A DNA stretch of 64,000 nucleotides from an uncultured Planctomycetota bacterium (GCA_963823665.1 CAWGMQ010000010.1:2528001-2592000); one strand, 5' to 3'. Positions 32,710 through 42,124 are shown, counted from the first letter of the stretch. Notes: a model not told the origin generated them from the sequence alone. Numbers and translations are program-made.

Positions 32710-33560
32710 AAGTTGCACCAGACGACTTCGACCATTCGGCGCTTTTGCTTTCCGCCTGCCGCCTGATTCGGCAGGGTGAATTCATGCTGCGTCCAGTCTC
32801 GAAGCCGCCTGTCATACACTTCTGACCGGTATCCCGATAACATGACGCGGCCCTTGCACTCGAGGATTGTTTCTAAGAGAGTTTCGTGCTGCTCGGCGCA
32901 CATCTCAAACGAGTACACGTCATCCGACGTTCGAGTTTCGCTGAGATAGGGCGGATCTAGGTAAAACAGCGTTCGGCTGCCATCTTGCTGACGGATTACG
33001 TCAAGTGCATCGCGGCTAAGAATTGACACCCTCTGCAATCGCGAATGTACGTCAGCGAGTCCGGCTACAGCGTTCAGCCACGCGCTAGCCTGTTCATTCA
33101 TTCCGCGTCGTGTTCGCATGCGACTCAACGGTGCGAAGCCGTCCATTCGGCCAGCGAGGGATTGTCGGCAATGCACGAAAAACCGCACGGCGTCATCAAC
33201 CGGATCAGCTCCATTTGATTCGGACGCGAGTCGCCATTCGGCTTCGGAAAACGGGATTGCCGAAAGCACTCGGGCAAAGCGCGAGAATGAATCTTCCCCC
33301 TGGAGTACACGCCAGAAGTTGGTAAGCCGTCCGTCAATGTCGTTTACTGCTTCGCTGATGCCGGTCGGATCATTAACCAGCAATACCGACCCGCCCCCGA
33401 AGTAGGGCTCGCAGTAGTGCAACCACCCTGGATCGTTTGTGTCAGGATCATTCGAGTGCTTGCATCGTGCCGGCATCTTCGCAACGATCTTCTCGGCAAG
33501 ATAGTGTTTGCCACCATGCCATTTGAGCGGCGGCGAAATACGATTCGATGCACTGGCCAT
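32706..33560 (-). CDS. Dam-family (D12 class) DNA adenine methyltransferase
   Basis: PLKWHGGKH, EPYFGGGSV, NDID, YLDPPY. Confidence 0.93.
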   Translation of the reverse strand: MASASNRISPPLKWHGGKHYLAEKIVAKMPARCKHSNDPDTNDPGWLHYCEPYFGGGSVLLVNDPTGISEAVNDIDGRLTNFWRVLQGEDSFSRFARVLSAIPFSEAEWRLASESNGADPVDDAVRFFVHCRQSLAGRMDGFAPLSRMRTRRGMNEQASAWLNAVAGLADVHSRLQRVSILSRDALDVIRQQDGSRTLFYLDPPYLSETRTSDDVYSFEMCAEQHETLLETILECKGRVMLSGYRSEVYDRRLRDWTQHEFTLPNQAAGGKQKRRMVEVVWCNF

Positions 33561-33589
33561 GCTTGGCACCTTGAGCGTGTATGGGCGTC

Positions 33590-34531
33590 CTACGCGGCCT
33601 TCGGCAGCATGTTGAAGATTGGCTGATACGTCTCAATTGCCTTGAACTCAAATAAACGAAGGCTCACGCCACAAATGTCTTCTGGTCTCACAAAATCAAC
33701 CGTGATCTTGTCCGGGGAAGGAGACCAGAAGTGGTTTCCCACTGCGGCCAAAACGTCTTTATCCTGAAATATGCCGACCCCGAAACGTAGGTTCTCGGAC
33801 TGGCTCAGGAATAGATAGCGGCCTGGCTCCCGTAACGAAAAGACGCCCTCGGAGGAAGGCACTGTATCCAGTCGGATATTCGACAAGTGTCCGGGCGTGT
33901 GCCAATGGGCTTCAACCTTCGAGATGTCAAGGTGAGCCAATTCCTCCGCATCGGCCTTGCGTCGCGACCGAACGTTCTTCCGTAGGTGAAGTGCCGCCAA
34001 CCGAAAATCGACAGCATCTCCTGATCGCCCGACCTTGGCGACGTTCTCGTCGAAGGCTTTGCCGACATCGGGATCGGCCAAAAGGTCGTCGTAGCTCGCG
34101 TCATAGCGGTACGTCAACTTGGCGAACGCAATCTCGGCAGGAATTAGGAAGGGGTGTAGGTTCCGCTTGTCTTCTCTGGTCGTTTTGACCGGGAATCCAC
34201 CCGCTTTCCTCAGCGAAAGAAGCCGACGACAAACTGCGGCGTGGGGAGCGTCAATGCCGAGTTGCCGGCATCGTTTAACGAACCGAGCTGCCAACTGCGG
34301 GTCTGCCAAGGTACGATCAACGGAATACCCGTCGTGAATTTCTCCAAAAGCTTTGACGATAATAGAGTCTCGCGAGCTGTCCGGACGCAAGGGCGGCATC
34401 TCGATAGGGCGATTGGCAAGCATCTGTCCAACAGCGCCCACGGCCGAAAAGCCTCCGAACGCCGGGCGGGAGATCGGCCGGACAGTGCTGCCCAGAATTC
34501 GACTTATCGTCAGCTGATCTAAATCGTTCAT
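33590..34531 (-). CDS. Hypothetical protein: two helical repeats plus possible degenerate GIY-YIG-like C-terminus
   Basis: GYSVDRTLADP..RK and SYDDLLADP..RK; C-terminal EGVFSL...YLFLSQSENLR...PIFN. Confidence 0.7.
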   Translation of the reverse strand: MNDLDQLTISRILGSTVRPISRPAFGGFSAVGAVGQMLANRPIEMPPLRPDSSRDSIIVKAFGEIHDGYSVDRTLADPQLAARFVKRCRQLGIDAPHAAVCRRLLSLRKAGGFPVKTTREDKRNLHPFLIPAEIAFAKLTYRYDASYDDLLADPDVGKAFDENVAKVGRSGDAVDFRLAALHLRKNVRSRRKADAEELAHLDISKVEAHWHTPGHLSNIRLDTVPSSEGVFSLREPGRYLFLSQSENLRFGVGIFQDKDVLAAVGNHFWSPSPDKITVDFVRPEDICGVSLRLFEFKAIETYQPIFNMLPKAA

Positions 34532-34532
34532 G

Positions 34533-34979
34533 TCAGTCGTAGTTCGAGATAAAGTGAATGGCGTTATTAAAGACGACCGCTACAGCACCTTGCTTCGTTT
34601 TTTTTCCCATTCGTTTCAGGAAGTTCGCCAACTCGCCTATCTTCACCGGATCTTCAACGTCTTCTCGCTTGGCAAGACTTTGGATCATGATTGGCTTGTC
34701 AGTCAGCAGTTGGCCATCGTTCTCGTCATCACGCCAGATACCACATAATTCGGTAAAGCCGGTCGCCCCACCATACAGCTTTCCCATTAAGTCGAGGGCT
34801 TGCGAGGCCCATTCAGCCTGATCCTTGAGTTTCGACTTGTCGCGTGCGTGACTCGGTATAAACACAATAACACAATCGTCCGCAAGACCAAATCGAAGGC
34901 GGCCCGTGAGCCACTGAGGGAATGAAGAATCAGCAGGTGCGTCCTTGGCCTTCGCTTTCGACACTAGCTTGTCCCTCAT
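34533..34979 (-). CDS. Hypothetical protein, possibly PII/DUF3574-like fold
   Basis: YGGATGF..GIWRDD...KQGAVAV; first gene of the methylase operon. Confidence 0.6.
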   Translation of the reverse strand: MRDKLVSKAKAKDAPADSSFPQWLTGRLRFGLADDCVIVFIPSHARDKSKLKDQAEWASQALDLMGKLYGGATGFTELCGIWRDDENDGQLLTDKPIMIQSLAKREDVEDPVKIGELANFLKRMGKKTKQGAVAVVFNNAIHFISNYD

Positions 34980-35288
34980 CGGATTATGCGAGCTACCAAA
35001 ACATCCGGCATAGCACACACGCCCCCGTCGAAGACGAGGGCGCGGCCATTGAGTTGATTCAAACGCGCAAGCGTGCGGGCGGCAAGGGGTTGGTAGGTAA
35101 TGACGGGCTTGCCAGGCCAAACTTCTTGAAGGTGGCCTAGTAGCAAATCTGCCGCACAGCCGGTATTCTAGATTTCCTATTGACCGCCCCAGATCGTATC
35201 AATGAATCGTATCAAGGGCGTTTGTATCAGAATTGGTGGGAAAAACGCTTGACTTAAACCTCTTAATGCCAACGAGTTAGAATCAATT

Positions 35289-35329
35289 GGAGAGGTGACA
35301 GAGTGGTCGATTGTGCGGCACTGGAAATG
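35289..35329 (+). tRNA. 5' half of tRNA-Ser(GGA); att site 2
   Basis: Identical to 27901..27941 with a different upstream flank. Confidence 0.85.
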
Positions 35330-35390
35330 ACGTTCAACGGGTGCCTATTGCCCTAAGTTGTTTGGAGACGAGTGGATAGGAAGATCGCCC

Positions 35391-35753
35391 ATGGTCAGCA
35401 AGGACCGTGAACAGACGCGGACAGAGGCCGCCCAGGCGACGCGACGGCAGAAGTCACGTGAGCTTGATGAGGAACACGAGCAGATCCTCAAGAAGGCGCA
35501 GATTTACTTGCTGTTCGAGGCGAAGCGCCCGATGTTCTGGAACGTCGCCGATATCCGAGAGGGGAAGGGCGAGGGTGGCTCACGCCGCTGGATCATTGCC
35601 GTGCATCTCCGTGCTCCGTCTGGGCATGAGGGATATCTGGGCGACCTCCTGTACGATGGCGAGCGGTTCTCGGAGTTGACGGACGTCGAATTGATGCGGC
35701 GGCGAGTGCAGCAGATCACGGCTGACCCCGGAAGTCCGTTGCCGATCGCATGA
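35391..35753 (+). CDS. Hypothetical protein (copy 2)
   Basis: Identical translation to 28003..28365. Confidence 0.7.
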   Translation: MVSKDREQTRTEAAQATRRQKSRELDEEHEQILKKAQIYLLFEAKRPMFWNVADIREGKGEGGSRRWIIAVHLRAPSGHEGYLGDLLYDGERFSELTDVELMRRRVQQITADPGSPLPIA

Positions 35754-36247
35754 GTACCGGACTTCCGCACTACCGCCAGGAGAAGAAGAATACCTGCGCC
35801 CTGGCGTGCCTGCGGATGGTCCTTGCTTCCTTCGGCACGGACGTCGAGGAGGGCACGCTCGAGGCCCGGGCGCACATGGAGATCGACGGTACAGAGATCG
35901 GCGAACTTGAGCGTCTTGCGCGGCAGTTCGGGGTCGTCGCAGACATCCAGGAGGCGACAGTGGCGCAGCTTCGGCACCTGCTGGAGGACGGGAAGCTGCC
36001 TATCGTCTACATCGACCGTGCTATCTTTTAATTGCGTCCCCGCCAACGGGCGCAGCACTCCATTCGCGACACCATCATCCACACCGTCATCCCCACGCGG
36101 GTCATTACCAGTTTTGTCACATACCATGACCCTCGCCAAGTTCGGGTCATCCGGAAGACCACTGGCCTCTTCCGTCAGGCATACGAAGCCCTGGGAGGGC
36201 GCTGCGTCGTCTGCTCCAAACCTGCGAGAGGCCTAGACCATGGCTAG
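35750..36247 (+). pseudogene. C39-like peptidase with in-frame TAA (copy 2)
   Basis: Identical to copy 1 including the stop. Confidence 0.75.
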
Positions 36248-36262
36248 CCGTGAGTCTCCCGC

Positions 36263-36367
36263 CGACTGCAAGTGCCTGACGCTCGGCAAAAGGTGGGTGT
36301 CTCACATCCCTGACGCTCGGCAAAAGGTGGGTGTCTCACATCCCAAAGGTGGGTGTCTCACATCCCC
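36263..36367 (-). repeat. Left half of repeat element with three nested end copies
   Basis: AAAGGTGGGTGTCTCACATCCC three times. Confidence 0.85.
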
Positions 36368-36566
36368 CCGGGTTTCGGGTAGGCGGGAAGACGATCGCCG
36401 CCGCCGCTTTCTCGGATCACTGCGTTTTCTGCCGTTGCGTCCACCGCCAGGCAGCGACCGCCGCAAGTTGCACGGCGCAGAAGTGTGGAGTCGCCCCGAT
36501 CCCCGTATGTTGCTGAGACTGCGGAGTCCGACTGTCCCGAGATCAGTGGATTTATCCTGCTCGAGT

Positions 36567-36980
36567 TCATTTGGCAGTCAGGTGCCAGTTTTCCAGGTTC
36601 AAGTCCGGCACCCGGCTGAACTCTGCGGTATTGGCGGTGACGAGTATAAGACTGGCAGAGCGGGCATGACCGGCCAAGAGCACGTCGTACGCACCGATCA
36701 TACAGCCCTGGGACTCCAAAAGAGCGCGAATGCGCGCGGCTTCCCTCGCGGCCTCTCCGTCAAAAACGAGCTCGCTAATCGTGGCCAGCAGCAGATCAAC
36801 CTTGGCCAGCTCCTTCGCCGGGTCGTCGCACTTTTCGACCCCAGTGAATAGCTCGTAACTTGTAATGCTGGAAATCGCGCAGTCTGCCGGCGGGACCGCA
36901 GCCATGTGTTGCAGCACCAGGGTGTGATGTCGCATCGCGGCAATGCATGTGTTCGTGTCGAGCAGATAGCGTATTGGCAA
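36567..36980 (-). CDS. vapC: VapC-family PIN-domain toxin
   Basis: YLLDTNTCI, IGAYDVLLAGHA, LVTANTAEFSRV. Confidence 0.95.
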   Translation of the reverse strand: MPIRYLLDTNTCIAAMRHHTLVLQHMAAVPPADCAISSITSYELFTGVEKCDDPAKELAKVDLLLATISELVFDGEAAREAARIRALLESQGCMIGAYDVLLAGHARSASLILVTANTAEFSRVPDLNLENWHLTAK

Positions 36981-36983
36981 CGA

Positions 36984-37217
36984 TCACCCCAGGATCGGAG
37001 CCGGCGGAACTCGCCCTTGGGTTGGACGCGCGAAGGCCGGATCGTCGATGCGAATGCGATCAAAGAACCCGAGCGGCCATGTCGCGGGCTTGATCGGTTG
37101 CAGGACAAGAGACTCACCCTGCCGTCGAATGGAGACGGTGTCTCCTTCCAGGTGAAACCCCTCCGGCAATTTCACGAGCTGGCAGCCGTCAATCCGTACT
37201 ATTTCAGCGACTTTCAT
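36984..37217 (-). CDS. vapB: VapB (AbrB/SpoVT-type) antitoxin
   Basis: QLVKLPEGFHLEGDTVSIRRQGESLVLQP. Confidence 0.9.
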   Translation of the reverse strand: MKVAEIVRIDGCQLVKLPEGFHLEGDTVSIRRQGESLVLQPIKPATWPLGFFDRIRIDDPAFARPTQGRVPPAPILG

Positions 37218-38212
37218 CGCGTTGCCCCTTCTCATACGAAAAGCGTCGCGCATGTCCAATCATAGCAAAGCTAGCGTCCTTCCTCAAATGAGTGGACGAG
37301 GCGAGCCGGTGGATGTGTATCGGAAGGCGAAAGGCTGGTTTTGAGAAACGGGCGCCGGAAACAGGGCCGTAGCTTGTTTTCACCCGGGACAAGACGTTGG
37401 TAGTTCCTGGCAGACGCGCCTGAAACCGCCAGGCGCCTGGTTTCATCTCGCAGGCTTGGTATCAGGGAAGGGCGGATCGGTGTCTCAGAAGAAAAACAAT
37501 TGGATACGACCATCTGTCATGCCGCGGACCGTGACCTCGTGGTCTCGGTATTCGCAGAGCAGCTTGTCACCGATCCTGCATTTTGGGGGCAGGTACGGGC
37601 CGTAAAGGAGCTTGAATCGTTCGGAGTCGATCATGGCTGTGATCCCGGATTGGGAGATGGGGGACCATGATTTCGGCAGCTTACCAGCGGACGGGATGGG
37701 GGACAATGGGGTGGTAAGGTGGAGGTTTTTTGGGGCGGGTCGGTATGGCGATTGATCGGTGTTGGATTCCCGTCATGTCACCCGTATCGATTTGACCGGC
37801 GGGGCCGCCTCTGAATCACCGATGGCGCGGCTCACGGCTGTGTGTGTGGACTGGCGTGTCGATTCGTTGGGCGTGACCTGGCGCCGGAGGCTTCGGTAGC
37901 GCAATCGACTGGCCAGTGAATCCCGGTACTCGCAGCGCGCTAACCCATCTCGGGGCAGTTGGCGGAGTGCGCTGAGGGTGCGTTGATTGGGCTTGGAATC
38001 GAGCCTTTCTCCGCATGGTGCGCCGAAATGGGCGACTCGGTTCCGGTCAGCTCTTCTCCGCTGGAGAACGACCCGCCCCAACTGAGTTGCATGTCGTGTC
38101 GCCGGAAGCTGTCGCCGGGACCTGGGCGTCCCAACTGGCATCGTGTTGTCTCGGTCCAACAAATTCATTCTCGGCCTGGAAACCGAACTAGAATCGGGAT
38201 GGGGAGGTTGCC

Positions 38213-38830
38213 ATGAGTGCTCGTCGCTCTGAACTATTGCCGAGATTCTGCAGTCGACGCCGTTCGGGGATGAACCTCTCATACGCTGAAGTCAACGGAA
38301 TCTATGCGATCGTCGAGGCCAACGCGAATAAAGCCAGAAAAACCAAGATATCAAAGCGGCTTGCGATTTCAGATCAGACGATCGCAACCCGATTGACAAG
38401 TCAACGGAACGGCAAGAAGAAGAAGAAGAAGAAGAATAGGAGGAAGAAGAATCGCTCTGATCGAATGAAACTCGCTGAGGCGAGGTTCGTAGTCCGCCTC
38501 GAAGAAGCGGAAGCGGTCGAAGACCGCGGAGACTACGGCAAGGCCGAGTTTCTCTACAATGAACTAATTTGCTTGTGCAAACGCGACTTTCGCATTGGCC
38601 GACACGAATTGGCGTTTCTATACCATGACTTGGCTCGCTTGCATCTTTGCCGGGATAGGTTGGAACTGGCGAAAATTCTATTCGAGAAATCGCTCGAGGT
38701 ATTCGTCAGGACGGTGGGTGTTGAGCATCGCTACACGCGCACCGTGAGAGCGGATCTTGCCGCCTTGGCTAGCGGAAGGGATTGCGGGGCTTCCGCCCGG
38801 AAAGGCACCAATTCCGTACGCGCCTACTAA
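38213..38830 (+). CDS. TPR-containing protein with poly-Lys tract (start uncertain)
   Basis: GDYGKAEFLY...LAFLYHDLARLH...VGVEHRYT. Confidence 0.6.
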   Translation: MSARRSELLPRFCSRRRSGMNLSYAEVNGIYAIVEANANKARKTKISKRLAISDQTIATRLTSQRNGKKKKKKKNRRKKNRSDRMKLAEARFVVRLEEAEAVEDRGDYGKAEFLYNELICLCKRDFRIGRHELAFLYHDLARLHLCRDRLELAKILFEKSLEVFVRTVGVEHRYTRTVRADLAALASGRDCGASARKGTNSVRAY

Positions 38831-39040
38831 CTCGGAGGGTATCATGTTGCGGCGAGAACGCTGACTACATGAGTTGGGGCGCTCATCTGTCCGAGGGAGC
38901 GGTTGCGATGTGGTGGACACCGAGTGGTGAACGAGCGCTGCTTGGCGCGGAGTGGGACTTTTTCCGTGAAGGGCTTCATCACTGTTGGGAGTGGGTCGAG
39001 CAATCGATGAATGATCCTGATCTGTTCCAAACCGGGGTCA

Positions 39041-39995
39041 GGTATGTTGCCGGGTCGCCCTGGCGGATCGCTCCGCCAGGGCTCCCACTGATCCGGACGT
39101 GCCCAATTAAGGCATCCGGCTCGTCATGTCGCGGCGTCGCTGTCCCTCACACGATCTGGTCGCCTCGCGGTGACGCGCTCTGAGGTCCAATGCCCTCGGC
39201 GTGGTTCCGGCTTCCAGTCCGCGACACGGTACCCCCTTCGCTCCACAGGGTCTGGGAGGGCCCATTCCCCCGCTTCACTGCTACTACGGAGCACTCCGAC
39301 TCCCGTCCGCCCATTTCGCCGCACTTCGTTGCCTTCGTTTGGCGATACCACCCTTGCGTCTTGTTCGCTCCCAGCGACCCGACGCGGGGTCGTGGGCCGG
39401 GGAGTTGGTATTCCGGTTCCCGAGCCGGAAATGTCAGTGGAGACGGATGGGGCTCTCAGGTTCCCGAGCAACCCTCGCGTCCCTGCGCCATGTTCTTGGA
39501 CCCCGGCAGGACCGAACACGCCAGGCCATTGCGGCGTGTCGACACGGCCCCCGCTTGTGTCTACAACGGAGGCTCCCACGATGAGTATTTCGGGGCTCGA
39601 TAGCATGGCATGGAGACTCGCTGTCTACGCTTCGCAGTGAGGGTCACCCCTCCCCACGCAAGACTTGCTTCCGGCTGCCGGCCAGGCTCTGCCGGGCGGG
39701 ATTCGTTAACCCGCAGGGTCGCGATGAAAGGTTTCTGTGTTTCGAGGCACTTCCTCCTTTCTCGAGCTTTTCCTGACGCAAAGACACCCACCTTCTGCGC
39801 AGCGTCTGACACGCGCTTTCTTCTTGTCGAAATGACGGGCGGCCGTGCCGTGGTTCTTCGCCGAACGTGTGGGCCGCGAACGCATGGATGCGGAGGGCGT
39901 GACAAGAAGGGTGGGTGTCTGGGTTCCTGGATGCGGAGGGCGTGACAAGAAGGGTGGGTGTCTGGGTTCCCGAAGGGTGGGTGTCTGGGTTCCCC
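39041..39995 (+). repeat. Repeat element copy C, split by the intron, right end triplicated
   Basis: GGTATGTT|intron|AGACACCCACC...GAAGGGTGGGTGTCTGGGTTCC x3. Confidence 0.85.
39049..39781 (-). ncRNA. Complete ORF-less group II intron (IIB-like), about 733 nt
   Basis: 5' TTGCG; EBS1 AGACAC in stem-loop (plus strand 39557-39562); DV GAGCCGGATGCCTTAATTGGGCACGTCCGGATC; DVI ending CGACCCGGC; no RT ORF. Confidence 0.9.
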
Positions 39996-40184
39996 TGGGA
40001 GGGCGCTGCGTCGTCTGCTCCAAACCTGCGAGAGGCCTAGACCATGGCTAGCCGTGAGTCTCCCGCCGACTGCAAGTGCCTGACGCTCGGCAAAAGGTGG
40101 GTGTCTCACATCCCTTATAACAGAATGTAGCATTTTCCGGTATTCTGTGATATCGTTGAGCGGAACCGAAAGGAGGGTGCCGGC

Positions 40185-40469
40185 ATGAACGTTTCACTGA
40201 CCAAAGAGTTTGAGAGCTACGTCACGGAGAAGGTTGAGAGCGGCTTGTACCAGTCCGCCAGCGAGGTCATCCGCGATGGGCTCAGGCTGATGAGGGAACG
40301 GGATGAGTTGCACCAAAGCAGGGTGGCCGAGCTTCGCCGAGACATCGCCATAGGCATTGACCAAGCCGAACGTGGGCAGGTGCAGCCTTTCAACGAGGAA
40401 GTCACAGCCCGCGTCAAGGCACGCGGGCGGAAACGCCTGGCGGCCAAAGACAGATCGGACTCGGTATGA
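40185..40469 (+). CDS. parD: ParD-family antitoxin
   Basis: MNVSLTKEFE...VESGLYQSASEVIRDGLRL. Confidence 0.93.
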   Translation: MNVSLTKEFESYVTEKVESGLYQSASEVIRDGLRLMRERDELHQSRVAELRRDIAIGIDQAERGQVQPFNEEVTARVKARGRKRLAAKDRSDSV

Positions 40470-40756
40470 ATGAGCCGAGGCTCACCGAGCAAGCGGAGGC
40501 CGACCTAGACGAGCTATGGGAATACATCGCGGCGGATAACCCAGACGCCGCCGACCGCATGGTTGATGCCGTTCTGGAGAGCCGCATGCATGTTCGCTTC
40601 CCTGGCATGGGCCAAAACCGCGACGATCTCCGAGTGGGCCTGCGCTGCTTCGTCGTGTCGCCGTACGTAGTGTATTATCGGCCGATCGAGGACACGATCG
40701 AGGTGCTGAGGATTTTGCACGGAGCACGCGATATTAAAAATATCAGCATAGAATGA
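40466..40756 (+). CDS. parE: ParE/RelE-family toxin
   Basis: QAEADLDELWEYIAADNPDAA...EVLRILHGARDI. Confidence 0.92.
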   Translation: MNEPRLTEQAEADLDELWEYIAADNPDAADRMVDAVLESRMHVRFPGMGQNRDDLRVGLRCFVVSPYVVYYRPIEDTIEVLRILHGARDIKNISIE

Positions 40757-40861
40757 CTTCGCAGTTCTTTCTGAGAGGCCGAGCGAGGCGGGTGCCGGGA
40801 CGAGGCGGAGACCGGGACGCGATCAGTGAATGCAAAACTGTCCGCGTCCCGGTTTCACTTC

Positions 40862-41373
40862 CCCAGGCGACGCGACGGCAGAAGTCACGTGAGCTTGATG
40901 AGGAACACGAGCAGATCCTCAAGAATGCGCAGATTTACTTGCTGTTCGAGGCGAAGCGCCCGATGTTCTGGAACGTCGCCGATATCCGAGAGGGGAAGGG
41001 CGAGGGTGGCTCACGCCGCTGGATCATTGCCGTGCATCTCCGTGCTCCGTCTGGGCATGAGGGATATCTGGGCGACCTCCTGTACGACGGTGAGCGGTTC
41101 ACGGAGTTGACGGACGTCGAATTGATGCGGCGGCGAGTGCAGCGGATCACGGCTGACTCCGGAAGTCCGTTGCCGATCGCATGAGTACCGGACTTCCGCA
41201 CTACCGCCAGGAGAAGAAGAATACCTGCGCCCTGGCGTGCCTGCGGATGGTCCTTGCTTCCTTCGGCACGGACGTCGAGGAGGGCACGCTCGAGGCGCGG
41301 GCGCACATGGAGATCGACGGTACAGAGATCGGCGAACTTGAGCGTCTTGCGCGACAGTTCGGGGTCGTCGCAG
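40862..41373 (+). pseudogene. Third, slightly diverged partial copy of the hypothetical + C39 gene pair
   Basis: Matches about 28043..28554 with a few substitutions; cut by repeat copy D. Confidence 0.85.
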
Positions 41374-41704
41374 GATGTAAGACACCCACCTTTTGCCAAG
41401 CAACGGGTACTTGCCGTCGGCGCGTTTGAAATGACCAGAGGCCGTGGTTTTGCGCTGAACGTGCGAGGGGGAATGAATGGGTGCGGAGAACCATGACAGA
41501 AGCATGGGTGTCTGGAATCTGGGTGTCTGGGTGTCTGGGTGTCTGGAATCCTGTGGAATCCTGTGGAATCCTGGGTGTCTGGTATCCCCTGAACATGCGA
41601 GGGGAAATGAATGGGTGCGGAGAACCATGACAGAAGCATGGGTGTCTGGAATCTGTGTGGAATCCTGTGGAATCCTGGGTGTCTGGTATCCCTCTGGTAT
41701 CCCT
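41372..41704 (+). repeat. Repeat element copy D with heavily stuttered right end
   Basis: GGATGTAAGACACCCACC...; arrays of TGGGTGTC and TGTGGAATCC plus an internal re-duplication. Confidence 0.88.
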
Positions 41705-42124
41705 GACCAACAGTGAATCACCCAGGATCATCCGGTTCGACCAGTGCTGGTCGTGGTGGTAGAAGTCGATCTTCTTGTCGAAATCGTCGATGCCGTTGAA
41801 ATCGGCGAAGAGGGTCAGTTGCTCTTCGGGCTTGCCTTTTTTTCGCTGGGCGAGCAGGTCATCGATGATCGCCTGGGGGTGGATCTTTTCCTGGATGTAG
41901 ACTGGCACGATTGGAACTGCCAGGTCTTGGCGGTCTTGGTCGTCTTTGCCTTTCCAGACGAGTTGGGGGTCGAGCGAGGGATCGCGGGGGTAGAGCATCG
42001 TCCTGGGGGCTGCTTCATCGTCGGCGATGAAGTCGCGCAACTCTTCGGTGGGGATGTTTTTCCGCTTGTCTTTGTGGCGAGTGAATTCGACTTTGGTTTC
42101 GGGCGGCGGCTTCTTTTTGGCCAT
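41704..42124 (-). pseudogene. mod: Type III RM Mod methyltransferase, N-terminal fragment
   Basis: RKNIPTEEL...DPQLVWKGKD...YIQEKIHP...WSNRMILGDSLLV, then repeat sequence. Confidence 0.85.

Noticed and set aside
37271..38200. Short ORFs such as MIDSERFKLLYGPY...CEYRD
   Set aside because: Look like decayed fragments; boundaries and function cannot be supported
38414..38450. (AAG)n tract as a contingency locus
   Set aside because: Trinucleotide unit preserves frame, and the gene start is uncertain
28890..41704. Tandem repeat ends as a CRISPR array
   Set aside because: No unique spacers, variable unit length, no cas genes
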